Assembly: GCA_040006915.1 (NCBI GenBank)
Contig: JBDTWD010000001.1
Location: forward strand, 98,229-162,228
DNA length: 64,000 nt
DNA from: Candidatus Woesebacteria bacterium
Lineage (GTDB): Bacteria; Patescibacteriota; Microgenomatia; UBA1400; UBA12028
Direction of reading: 5' to 3'
In this document: positions 36,119 through 45,048 of the stretch, in pieces
Position numbering within the stretch: position 1 is the stretch's first letter
How the letters are laid out: the number at the start of each line of letters is the position of its first letter
Notes under the pieces: generated by a model
Told to the model about the DNA's origin: nothing
Database searches by the model: none
The model's input: only the letters and a program-made list of their open reading frames with translations
Position numbers and translations under genes: made by a program

Positions 36119-36772
36119 TTACAGTGGCCGCATACCCAAGAGCTTGGGAAACGGCATTCCTTTCATGGTAACGATAAAACACAGACGTCGATCGCGTTTT
36201 GCGTAAATGTGTCCAGTATGTGGATCTTTAGTTTCGTTGTCATCCCACCAGCGTGACTCAAACCATTTGAGCGAAAAATATCGGTACTCTTCATTGAACG
36301 TATGGTACGGATCGACCATCACAATTTCATCGTTTTCTGGATCAATGGAAGAAATAATACTGTAGTGGCCAAAGTCTTGCTGCTCTGGATGACCGTTCGT
36401 ATCTTCGTATTCTTCCTGAATAGAATCATAAAAAAGGTTTTGCCATTCGACGGCCACGGGATACATGAACTGCTGTACCAAAGCGACGAGATCCTCAGTA
36501 CTGGTATATTCTTTGCACCACAACTGTGCTTGAGGGGCGATCACTTTTACCGCCGCAGCCAGCTGATCAGGCCTGGTACCATACTCTTCGATATATTCCT
36601 CGGCGTGGATAGCTTTATCGATATCAAGCTGAGAAACATCAATTCCAATATGGGTCATAACCATCTGGAGAACTGCAGGGCCACAATGCACGTCATCGAT
36701 TTGCTTTACTCGTCGCATCCTCGAGTACGGTTGCACGATTTGGCTACCCCATGCAGAGAAAGGATTGTCCAT
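36119..36772 (-). CDS. peptidase C39-like domain protein
   Basis: QIDDVHCGPAVLQMVMTHIG matches the Q...CGxAxL catalytic-Cys signature of C39-like peptidases. Confidence 0.5.
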   Translation of the reverse strand: MDNPFSAWGSQIVQPYSRMRRVKQIDDVHCGPAVLQMVMTHIGIDVSQLDIDKAIHAEEYIEEYGTRPDQLAAAVKVIAPQAQLWCKEYTSTEDLVALVQQFMYPVAVEWQNLFYDSIQEEYEDTNGHPEQQDFGHYSIISSIDPENDEIVMVDPYHTFNEEYRYFSLKWFESRWWDDNETKDPHTGHIYAKRDRRLCFIVTMKGMPFPKLLGMRPL

Positions 36773-36836
36773 ACCTGCTCATTGTACCTCTTTCTCGCAA
36801 CTGGAAAGGTGGGAGTTGCTGTATACTATAGGATCT

Positions 36837-37187
36837 ATGGCTAAAGAAAAACAAATGAACTTGATTGAGTTCATGGAACGCGTTCCTGAACTCCACAACA
36901 AATCTCTAGAAGAAATCGCACGGTTATGCATTATGAGCCCACGACGTGTCAGTGACTTTATTGATTTTATTGGATCGCAGTATGTTTCTAAAGCTGAAAA
37001 AAAACTATGGCTCTATGTCTCTGCAGATGAATGGCAGAAAATCGTCGAATCAGAACGAAAAGTACGCGGTCTACATAGGATTGGCCTGGTTACAAGAATA
37101 GCTAATAGTGGTCGCAAATCACGCGGAGAGTATCCACCAGAGTCCTTTGATGACGATTCGTTGCACCAAGAAGAGGCTCTAGACTAA
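36837..37187 (+). CDS. hypothetical protein
   Basis: ORF trimmed to the ATG at 36837 (MAKEKQM...). Confidence 0.4.
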   Translation: MAKEKQMNLIEFMERVPELHNKSLEEIARLCIMSPRRVSDFIDFIGSQYVSKAEKKLWLYVSADEWQKIVESERKVRGLHRIGLVTRIANSGRKSRGEYPPESFDDDSLHQEEALD

Positions 37188-37192
37188 CCGGA

Positions 37193-38266
37193 TTACGGCA
37201 ATAGTTTTGCGTACTTACTCACCAAACTTGAAAGCACATCAGGAAATTTCATTCCGTGCATTGCTAACACTTCTGTGAATGGTAAACCAATATCAGGTCC
37301 AAAAGCCGTGTTGGGATTACAGTCGGTAAAGTAGACCGTATTGGTACTTTCCTCAATGCGTAAATCAAACTTCGCGTAATCTTTGAATTCACACGCTCTG
37401 AAGGCTCTCACCACTAGTTTGCTGACTTTACTCGCTAGTGGCTCCTCAACTTTCGTATATACGTATGCATCTTCATCGTTTGAATATGATTCAAGACTGG
37501 TAAACGAATGCTTGCCATCTGGCTTAAAGCGGAACTTCTTTTGTCCTAAGAAAACGTGTTTCCTTGTCCCATCATCAAACACACACGCAGTAATTTCTAA
37601 CCCATCGATAAATCGTTCGACAACGCATGGAATGTGATATGTAGAGATCATCTTATCTACTTTTTTCTGTGCGGCATCAACAGTTTCTTTGACTGCTTTA
37701 TTATCAATTCCAACACTGCCACCGCCCTCGTTGAGTTTCACAATTAGTGGGAGTCCGAGGGATTCATCGATTGAAGTTCCAGCGCGTCTGATGAATTGAA
37801 ATGCGGGAGTGGGAATATCATAGGCAAGCAACATACGCTTGGTAATATTACGAGAATTGCCAATAACCATTCCCTCTATTCCTGAACCAGTGTATGGAAT
37901 TTGTGCAAGTTCTAAGGCTGCAGGAACAGAAGGTTGGAGTTTGTCGCGGCCACGCAATGTATCTACCAAGTTTAAAACGACGTCGGGCTTATCTACCAAT
38001 AGGTTGGTGAAGAAATATTGATCACCCGGATACCCTTTGGCATTGATTCCTAACGATTGAAGCATATCGATCACTTCTTGGGCACGATCCTCCACTTCAA
38101 GTTCCGCAATATAAGACTCTTCAGTCGGAAACCATTCTCGTTCAACGTGACTATATGCAACAGCCACTAAACGCAACTTCTTTAGCGCATCTTTATCGAT
38201 CGCTAATTCTATTTTCGTCGGTTTTCTTTCTTCTGGTTTAATTTCTTGTTTGATATCTGCGGACAT
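37193..38266 (-). CDS. ATP-grasp ligase, D-alanine--D-alanine ligase-like
   Basis: PLIVKLNEGGGSVGI and the C-terminal FDLRIEE...VYFTDCNPNTAFGP resemble Ddl-family ATP-grasp motifs. Confidence 0.65.
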   Translation of the reverse strand: MSADIKQEIKPEERKPTKIELAIDKDALKKLRLVAVAYSHVEREWFPTEESYIAELEVEDRAQEVIDMLQSLGINAKGYPGDQYFFTNLLVDKPDVVLNLVDTLRGRDKLQPSVPAALELAQIPYTGSGIEGMVIGNSRNITKRMLLAYDIPTPAFQFIRRAGTSIDESLGLPLIVKLNEGGGSVGIDNKAVKETVDAAQKKVDKMISTYHIPCVVERFIDGLEITACVFDDGTRKHVFLGQKKFRFKPDGKHSFTSLESYSNDEDAYVYTKVEEPLASKVSKLVVRAFRACEFKDYAKFDLRIEESTNTVYFTDCNPNTAFGPDIGLPFTEVLAMHGMKFPDVLSSLVSKYAKLLP

Positions 38267-38418
38267 GATGCGCTCCTTTGGTATGTTGATTTTTTGTGCA
38301 CGATTTCATTTCTCACACTACTGCATCAGTAATACTGCGGTCAAGAGGTTCCTTGACACTTTAGTACAAAAATGGTCTACTAACCACTTCGTTATTAATA
38401 TAAGAAAGTGTTTTCCTT

Positions 38419-40503
38419 ATGAAACGTCACCGCAATATTCGCAAATTTAACCTAGTTTTAGTTGCTTTGTTTTGTTTTATTGCGATTGCAGTAGTCGGTG
38501 CAGTATTTGGCCAAACAGCTCTAGTTGCTCGGCCCACACACCCTGCGGTGTTGGCGGCAACACGCTCAACGGTGACATACGTTGCATCACAAGTGTTCAC
38601 TCAGGATGGAACGTCGTATGGACAAGGAAACTGGTTTGGAACTGCAGGAAATGCTGGGAACTCATATACGGGTATCCGTTTCGAAGGCATTAGCGTTCCC
38701 AAAGGGGCAGCAATTGAAAATGCAGTGCTTCAAGTTACTTCCTCGAATGAACAGTGGATTGCGCAATCAACCACCGTATATGCAGAAACTTCTGAGACAC
38801 AAGAGGCTTTTAGTGCTTCAAACCCACCTTCTAACCGAACAAAATCAACACAGAGTTTAGGATTTAGTGATAATAAGAAATGGACAAAAGGTACTCCGTA
38901 TGAATTTCCAAGTCTTCTACAAATTGTACCGGCGATGAGTATGACAAGTAGATCGACGGTTTCTTTGATTCTGAAAGGAGGTGGAAACTCTTGGGGACGT
39001 AAATTTATCAATGGGACTGAATCACAAGCTTCAGCACCCAAATTAATCGTCACCTATTCAACTGACAGTAGTAGTCCAGTTCCCTCGCCTGCGGCTACAG
39101 TACAGCCAACCGCGCAACCAACCGCTACACCTGGTGCCTCGATTGTTCCAAAGAATCCAGAAGGTTCCTTACCTCCGCCAACACAAACACCAGGGGCAAC
39201 CGGAGGAAACAGTTTTGCAATGGGAACGTGGATTCCTTCTAAATGGGATACCTGTCCAGCTGCGTTTCACGATAGCTTCTCGGTCATTGGTCCAGATGGA
39301 AAACGATACCCAACTTGGCATCCACCGACAGCAATTAACCCAGCGACGGGGAAAATGTGTACTTTTGGCCATGAGCATGGGAGAGATCCTAAAGGATCAC
39401 GCCTCTATGCATGGATCCAACAACAAAATGCGTACGATGCAAATCGCAATGGGAAAATCGAAAGCGAAGAAACAGAAGCGAGTGGCATTCCCTTTGGCTA
39501 TGCCAACGAACAACTGGACGTATACAACACGGCCAATGGTATAGCGAACGGTATGCGACATGAAGATCATGCTGGATTTAAGATTATGTGGGAAAACCAG
39601 GTACAACGCGATCAAAGTCAGGTTGCGGGCGGTTCCAATCGCAAACCAGTTGATTTGTACTGTGACATGTTGATGGCCCAACACCAAGGTACCCATTCCA
39701 AAGATGCGTTTACCAACAATGTCCATGCAACCCAATACTATATTGACTGCAATAAGGGATCACTGGTTTCTCAGTATCCAGTGAAATTAGCACTGCAATT
39801 TATGTCGGTGTTTGGGAAGGCTGGAGGGTTTTCCGAAGGTGGATTTGATGGTGGTTTCAAATTTATTTCTGTAGGAATTCCTTCACCAGCCAATTCTCCT
39901 TCAGCCGGCGAGCCAGGTCGTAGCTTGCCAACAATTACTAGAGTTAAAGATTCGGTTCTCGTTCCTGAAGGTCAGTTTTCACAATTTAGTTTAGGCCTGT
40001 ATGAAGATTGGATCAGTGGCAGTCATTTGATGAGTAGTGATGGGAGAGAATTAGTGTATGTTGATCCACACTTTGCCGTGTTTTCTCCAAGTCGCTTTTA
40101 TGATCCCAGCCAACCAGATAATGTGGGACGATCAATTGACGTGTGTTATATGAAAGAGGCAAATGGCGATCGAGCCCGAGGCGGAGAGTGTGATGAGGTA
40201 ACAAACTATAAAGATGGTTCAACGATTCCTGAATCACAGCGTATTCCCTACGATGATCCACGTTCTCCATTTAATGGATGCACGCGTGAGTTTTATTTTA
40301 ACAACAACGCGATCTCCAATGCGGGTGGACCGACATATTGGTATACAGATCCATATGGCAAGAATGGCAAAACCAGTCCATTTCCAGGATCAATTCGTCA
40401 ATATATCCCTTCCGCCAAAACCTCTTTGCCTTTCAACTTAGAGTCAATCGCGATTGGCAAAGACATGAATTGGTGTGGTACTGGGGTTCACGCGCCGAAT
40501 TGA
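38419..40503 (+). CDS. secreted/membrane-anchored protein with a C-terminal conserved His-motif domain (paralog of 41057..42823)
   Basis: N-terminal TM helix, a beta-rich domain, a Pro/Thr linker, then a domain with YPTWHPP, FGHEHG, GIPFGYANE, RHEDHAGFKI and HQGTHS, ending ..GTGVHAPN. Confidence 0.6.
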   Translation: MKRHRNIRKFNLVLVALFCFIAIAVVGAVFGQTALVARPTHPAVLAATRSTVTYVASQVFTQDGTSYGQGNWFGTAGNAGNSYTGIRFEGISVPKGAAIENAVLQVTSSNEQWIAQSTTVYAETSETQEAFSASNPPSNRTKSTQSLGFSDNKKWTKGTPYEFPSLLQIVPAMSMTSRSTVSLILKGGGNSWGRKFINGTESQASAPKLIVTYSTDSSSPVPSPAATVQPTAQPTATPGASIVPKNPEGSLPPPTQTPGATGGNSFAMGTWIPSKWDTCPAAFHDSFSVIGPDGKRYPTWHPPTAINPATGKMCTFGHEHGRDPKGSRLYAWIQQQNAYDANRNGKIESEETEASGIPFGYANEQLDVYNTANGIANGMRHEDHAGFKIMWENQVQRDQSQVAGGSNRKPVDLYCDMLMAQHQGTHSKDAFTNNVHATQYYIDCNKGSLVSQYPVKLALQFMSVFGKAGGFSEGGFDGGFKFISVGIPSPANSPSAGEPGRSLPTITRVKDSVLVPEGQFSQFSLGLYEDWISGSHLMSSDGRELVYVDPHFAVFSPSRFYDPSQPDNVGRSIDVCYMKEANGDRARGGECDEVTNYKDGSTIPESQRIPYDDPRSPFNGCTREFYFNNNAISNAGGPTYWYTDPYGKNGKTSPFPGSIRQYIPSAKTSLPFNLESIAIGKDMNWCGTGVHAPN

Positions 40504-40516
40504 TACAATATGGCGT

Positions 40517-41020
40517 ATGATCCGAAAACTAACTAAGGCTGATGTTCGTAAGTATAAGCAACTTCGTTTGCTAGCGTTGACCACTGATCCCGATGCATAT
40601 TTTGCGACATATGCGGAAGAAGAGCGTCGAGACGAATGGTCGATTGCAACGGAAATTGCCGCCCACGCGTTCCCTTTTGGCTACTTTGGTTGGTTTGATA
40701 CCGATCAACATCTACGTGCTTACATTCAAATTGCACCAGCTTATTTTGCGAAAACGAATCACACCGCAGATGTATATAATTTGTATGTACATCCTGAATT
40801 TCGTCGTCAAGGAATCGCGAAAGAACTGCTCTTGCAAGTCTTAAGTCACTTGCGCGAGAGAAAAAGTGTCGAAATTCTGTATTTATCCGTGATGCAGTCA
40901 AATAGCGCTGCACTTCATATGTATGAGAGACTAGGGTTTACAACTGTAGGAATAAAAAAAGCGGCGGTGAAGCTAGGATCTCAGTATGAAAATGAGGTAT
41001 TACTTCAGCTTGAACTGTGA
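40517..41020 (+). CDS. GNAT family N-acetyltransferase
   Basis: Motif A RRQGIAKELL. Start trimmed to an internal Met to avoid overlap with the upstream gene. Confidence 0.7.
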   Translation: MIRKLTKADVRKYKQLRLLALTTDPDAYFATYAEEERRDEWSIATEIAAHAFPFGYFGWFDTDQHLRAYIQIAPAYFAKTNHTADVYNLYVHPEFRRQGIAKELLLQVLSHLRERKSVEILYLSVMQSNSAALHMYERLGFTTVGIKKAAVKLGSQYENEVLLQLEL

Positions 41021-41056
41021 TTGACATTCCAGCCAGTTCTTACGTATGATGAAAGT

Positions 41057-42823
41057 ATGTCTCGTCGCGTCGATGTCTTTCGTGTTTTATTTTTCTGTTT
41101 GTTTATTGTCCTGGTAGGCGGACTTTTCTTGTTGAAGACAGCTCCAGCACAGGCTGTAACTGCCGCACAGGTGTGTCAAGCGGATATCAATCAAGATGGT
41201 ACTGTCAATCTCTCTGACTATTCGATTTTTATTAAAAACTTTTTGGTAAGCCCAGTGGTAGCTTTACGTGCAGATATCAACGGAGACGGAACTGTCAATA
41301 TTAGTGACTATACGTTATTGGTTGGTTCTTTCTTGCAACAGTGTGCGGTAGCTCCAACAGCAACTCCGGTAACTTCAGGTGGCGCTCCAGGTGACAGCAT
41401 GGCGATGCAAGCATGGAGCGTGGGTGGAAAGAATGCCCCTAATCCTAAATATGATAAGTGTGACGATGGCACTGATGTGGTGAAGGCACACAACTCTTAC
41501 TATGTAGTCGCGTACGATGGAATGAAGTATCCCACTTGGCATCCTCCAGTTGTGACAAATCCAATTACTGGAGTTGGAAAATGCTACTTTGGTCACGAAC
41601 ATGGAACCAATCCACAAGGTTATCAGTATTGGGATGAGATTGTGCAGCATTTCGGCAAAGACGTGAATGGTGACGGTAAAATAACTGCAATGGTAATCGG
41701 TACGGATGGCAAAATTACACCTGGTGATCATGCCGGTATTCCGTTTGGAATCGCAAATGAACACATGAACGAATACTACAACCAAGAAGGACGTGATTCG
41801 ATCTTCGTACGACATGAAGATCACGTCGGACACAAAATTGAATATGTAAACGGTGAAGCAGACATGGTGGGAAATACTACTCATGTGATGCAGCCGATCA
41901 ATACGACCGGTGGAATCAATGTTCCGTATTATAAAGGTACTGACTCAAATACCTACTATCCGACTGGTGTCAAATGCACCCACTTTCATAAGTTCCATCA
42001 AGGGACGCATTCAGGTGATGCGATGAGAAATAATTTGCATGAAGTGATCTTCCATTCCAACTGTACCAGTGATCGACCAGAATATCCAAGTAACGAAGTA
42101 ATCCTCACCGGTATGATGAGTTTTGGAAACCCTGGAGAGTATAAGCGTTTCTGTGGGAACGATCGAAGTACTGTTGTTTGTGTAGATGGCAAAGACTCAA
42201 GTGGAAAATGCATCATCACAGACCCTCTCATTAGTAAATTGCCGGGAAGCATCTACAGTAACACCTTAGGTCGCAACATGATTGATCGATATTGTTTGCA
42301 GAACGTGGACAGTATTACCGGAAGCTTCTACTTCAATCCGTACGAAATTTGGCAAGGTGATTTCCGTATTTCGACTCCAAACGGAAAGTTATTAGCGGAA
42401 CACGGCAGACAGTGGGATGTCTTGGATCCAATTCGCTTCGTCGATCCAAACTCAGCTACAGGCTTTGGATATAACTCACAGGAATGTGGACCAGGAGGAC
42501 TCTTATACAAGCGAACCCTAAACTGTGGAGCTCTTGAAAGCAAGAGTGTCCCGTGGGACTCACCGCAATCAGGATTTAGAGGTCTGAAACGTACAACCTA
42601 CTTTGGTCGCAATCGAGTTTCAAATGCTGGTGGATCGCAGACTTGGTGGACAGATCCACTCGGAGGAAATGCAACCACGACGCAGTTTGCTTCAGGACTA
42701 AAGCAGCACTTCTCTTCCGTTGAGGCTGACATCTGTAAACTGACCGAGTGCTCAAAACTCAATGATCGAGCTATCCAGAGACAGTTTAATGATGGTGGTG
42801 GAACTGTACACGCTCCCAACTGA
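41057..42823 (+). CDS. secreted protein with two dockerin-like Ca-binding repeats plus the conserved His-motif domain (paralog of 38419..40503)
   Basis: Signal/TM segment. DINQDGTVNLSDY and DINGDGTVNISDY repeats. Then YPTWHPP, FGHEHG, GIPFGIANE, RHEDHVGHKI and HQGTHS, ending ..GGTVHAPN. The track start is TTG; the ATG at 41057 is preferred. Confidence 0.6.
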   Translation: MSRRVDVFRVLFFCLFIVLVGGLFLLKTAPAQAVTAAQVCQADINQDGTVNLSDYSIFIKNFLVSPVVALRADINGDGTVNISDYTLLVGSFLQQCAVAPTATPVTSGGAPGDSMAMQAWSVGGKNAPNPKYDKCDDGTDVVKAHNSYYVVAYDGMKYPTWHPPVVTNPITGVGKCYFGHEHGTNPQGYQYWDEIVQHFGKDVNGDGKITAMVIGTDGKITPGDHAGIPFGIANEHMNEYYNQEGRDSIFVRHEDHVGHKIEYVNGEADMVGNTTHVMQPINTTGGINVPYYKGTDSNTYYPTGVKCTHFHKFHQGTHSGDAMRNNLHEVIFHSNCTSDRPEYPSNEVILTGMMSFGNPGEYKRFCGNDRSTVVCVDGKDSSGKCIITDPLISKLPGSIYSNTLGRNMIDRYCLQNVDSITGSFYFNPYEIWQGDFRISTPNGKLLAEHGRQWDVLDPIRFVDPNSATGFGYNSQECGPGGLLYKRTLNCGALESKSVPWDSPQSGFRGLKRTTYFGRNRVSNAGGSQTWWTDPLGGNATTTQFASGLKQHFSSVEADICKLTECSKLNDRAIQRQFNDGGGTVHAPN

Positions 42824-42883
42824 TCGCTTTCCTCGAGAATAGACGAAATTCTTGCCTCCTTATTTTTGGTGTTTGCATGAATA

Positions 42884-42892
42884 TGCTATACT
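42884..42892 (+). promoter_or_regulatory. extended -10 promoter element TGCTATACT for the his leader/operon
   Basis: TGn plus TATACT. A weak -35 (TTTGGT) lies 17 nt upstream. Confidence 0.35.
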
Positions 42893-42901
42893 GTATTTTC
42901 T

Positions 42902-42982
42902 ATGTGTAAACGATTTGGGTTTACCAGCAATGTCCATCATCACTCCTCGCATATTTCGCGTGGGAGTGTTTCTCTGTTGTAA
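42902..42982 (+). CDS. candidate his operon leader peptide (MCKRFGFTSNVHHHSSHISRGSVSLL)
   Basis: 26-codon ORF with four His codons (CAT CAT CAC ... CAT at 42935-42952) that overlap hairpin segment 1. Confidence 0.4.
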   Translation: MCKRFGFTSNVHHHSSHISRGSVSLL

Positions 42983-43009
42983 TTCTTAATCACCTTTGAT
43001 CAAAACACC

Positions 43010-43033
43010 ACTCCTGCGCGCGGGAGTTTTTTT
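43010..43033 (+). terminator. intrinsic terminator / attenuator hairpin (ACTCCTGCGCGCGGGAGT + T7)
   Basis: 7-bp stem with a CGCG loop, followed by TTTTTTT (43027-43033). The alternative pairings 42941-46 with 42963-68 and 42963-68 with 43009-14 (CACTCC/GGAGTG) give a classical attenuator layout. Confidence 0.55.
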
Positions 43034-43094
43034 GTGTCTGTTGACATAAAAATTTCTCAGATACTCTCCGTTTTGGTCAAGTTTTAAGGAATAT

Positions 43095-43868
43095 ATGAAA
43101 ACAACTGAACAACAAACAACAATCCTTCTCCCTTCAGGGGAATGGTTGAATAATTTTATAGTAGGAATGAAAAACAGCGGCTTTCCGCTGGAAAAGCCAT
43201 CAGAACGAAGCTTGTCTTGGACAATGCCAAATTGTCGGCTGCCGATTCTGTTCAAAGAAGTACGAGCTTCAGACGTGCCGGTAACGATGCTTGATTCTGA
43301 TGTTACCGCGAAGGCTGGGTTTACCGGATCTGATATCGTCATAGAAAGCGGATTGCTCTCTTTGCAATTCGGAGCATCTGGTCAGGATCGAGGTGAAAAA
43401 GATTGTAGTCCGTTGTTAAAAAAGATTTGGAATTTTCCAACGGATCAACTCGTCCCAACGCCTATACGACCTCGATTAGCTATCTCGGTGGATCCTCAGA
43501 AGTATACGAAGAATCCTAAGGCTTTCCAGCTTACTGATTTGCGAGGGACGACCGTCTACACTTCATTTCCACGTATTACTCAAACTCTATTTGATCGTAG
43601 TGGTGTAAATGCTATTCCGATTCGGATAAAAGAGCGACGAGGCAAAATCGAAGCACTACCAAGTTTAGATAGGACCAGTCTAGCGGAAGTAGACATTATT
43701 AATACAGGGAGAACACAGACGGAAAATGAACTCGTTGAAGCAATGACGATACTTGAATCCGCCTTATTATTATTGGTTTCCGCAGATGTAAATCAGCGAG
43801 ATGAGCAACGAATCGATGACTTCATCGCGCTCGTGAATGAGGCAACCAAAAAAGAAAGGATGGTGTGA
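43095..43868 (+). CDS. hisG: ATP phosphoribosyltransferase
   Basis: N-terminal LPSGEWLNNF... and GFTGSDIVIESG fit HisG. First gene after the attenuator. Confidence 0.75.
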   Translation: MKTTEQQTTILLPSGEWLNNFIVGMKNSGFPLEKPSERSLSWTMPNCRLPILFKEVRASDVPVTMLDSDVTAKAGFTGSDIVIESGLLSLQFGASGQDRGEKDCSPLLKKIWNFPTDQLVPTPIRPRLAISVDPQKYTKNPKAFQLTDLRGTTVYTSFPRITQTLFDRSGVNAIPIRIKERRGKIEALPSLDRTSLAEVDIINTGRTQTENELVEAMTILESALLLLVSADVNQRDEQRIDDFIALVNEATKKERMV

Positions 43869-43872
43869 AACT

Positions 43873-44952
43873 ATGAACATTTCATCCTTTTTTAGACCAG
43901 TAGTACGTGAGAATTTTTCGACGTATGTACCTTCTCTGTCTCTAGAACAAATTGTCAATATAACGAAGCAACCAAAAAGATCGATTCTGAAGCTCGATAG
44001 TGGAGAAAATCGGTGGACACCCAAAATACCGATTGACTGGAAGACGATAGAAAAAAATGTTGCACTTTATCCAGATTCAGACTCACTGTCTTTGCGACAA
44101 GCTTTATCTTTGGACTTGGGGGTAAGTCCAGATTGTATCGTGATTGGAAATGGATCGGATGAATTGATTGATTTGACATGCCGACTGTTCTTAGAGAAAG
44201 GTAAAATATTGATCGATTTCTCTCCCACATTTCCCATGTACGCTTTTTTTGGGAGGCTGTGTGGCGCCACCGTGATTACAGTCCCCAGAGAGAAAAATTA
44301 TCAGTTAAATGTGAAAGCAGTGAAACAGGCACTGAAAAAATCTCAACTCGCGTTTATTGCCAACCCAAACAACCCGACTGGAACAGTGATTCCCCGCCCA
44401 ATCCTCGTTGAACTGTTGTCTGTAGGCATACCAATTGTGATTGATGAAGCATATTTTGAATTTTATGGTGAAACAGTCATTGATCTTGTATCGGAGTTTG
44501 AAAACCTCATCGTTTTACGTACATTTTCAAAATGGGCAGGTGTAGCTGGTCTGCGAGTAGGATACATGGTCACGAATCCGACTATTGCCGATCGTATTCG
44601 CGCTATAAAACCACCCTACGGGGTAAACAGCTTTGCGCAGGCAGTTGCATGCATTCTGATACAAAATAAAAATCTATTTCTCCCATCCTTGCGTGCGATA
44701 CAAGCGTCTAGAGAATGGTGCATTGCTGAGATCAACAGTCTACCGGGATTGAATGCTGTAGCCTCGCAGGCGTCGTGCGTTTCTGTGTTATCGGAGCAAA
44801 TATCAGCATCAATGATTGTTGAAAGACTTTTGCAGAAAGGGATCGTTGTCAAATTGCTCCCACAAAATCTGTTACCGAATGCCTTTCGCATGAGCATCGC
44901 TCCTAAAAAGGAAATGAAAATCGTTATTCAAGCTTTACTGGAAATTATATGA
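43873..44952 (+). CDS. hisC: histidinol-phosphate aminotransferase
   Basis: Class II aminotransferase motifs: NPNNPTG and the PLP-Lys region FSKWAGVAGLRVGY. Start set at the ATG at 43873. Confidence 0.75.
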   Translation: MNISSFFRPVVRENFSTYVPSLSLEQIVNITKQPKRSILKLDSGENRWTPKIPIDWKTIEKNVALYPDSDSLSLRQALSLDLGVSPDCIVIGNGSDELIDLTCRLFLEKGKILIDFSPTFPMYAFFGRLCGATVITVPREKNYQLNVKAVKQALKKSQLAFIANPNNPTGTVIPRPILVELLSVGIPIVIDEAYFEFYGETVIDLVSEFENLIVLRTFSKWAGVAGLRVGYMVTNPTIADRIRAIKPPYGVNSFAQAVACILIQNKNLFLPSLRAIQASREWCIAEINSLPGLNAVASQASCVSVLSEQISASMIVERLLQKGIVVKLLPQNLLPNAFRMSIAPKKEMKIVIQALLEII

Positions 44953-45048
44953 ACAAAAAAATAACCAAAATCTTCATTGCCGAACCAGGAGAATCTCCTC
45001 AAAAAATCGTTGACTGTGTAAAAAATTTAGTTGAGGAGAATAACACTT

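Noticed and set aside
41375-41884. 169-aa minus-strand ORF inside the secreted-protein paralog
   Set aside because: Antisense shadow ORF. The sense frame carries the conserved motif set shared with its paralog.
43010-43033. The hairpin + T7 as a simple terminator of the upstream secreted-protein gene
   Set aside because: It lies about 190 nt past that gene's stop, directly before hisG. It is preceded by a His-codon mini-ORF with alternative pairings, so an attenuator explains it better. The terminator reading is not excluded.
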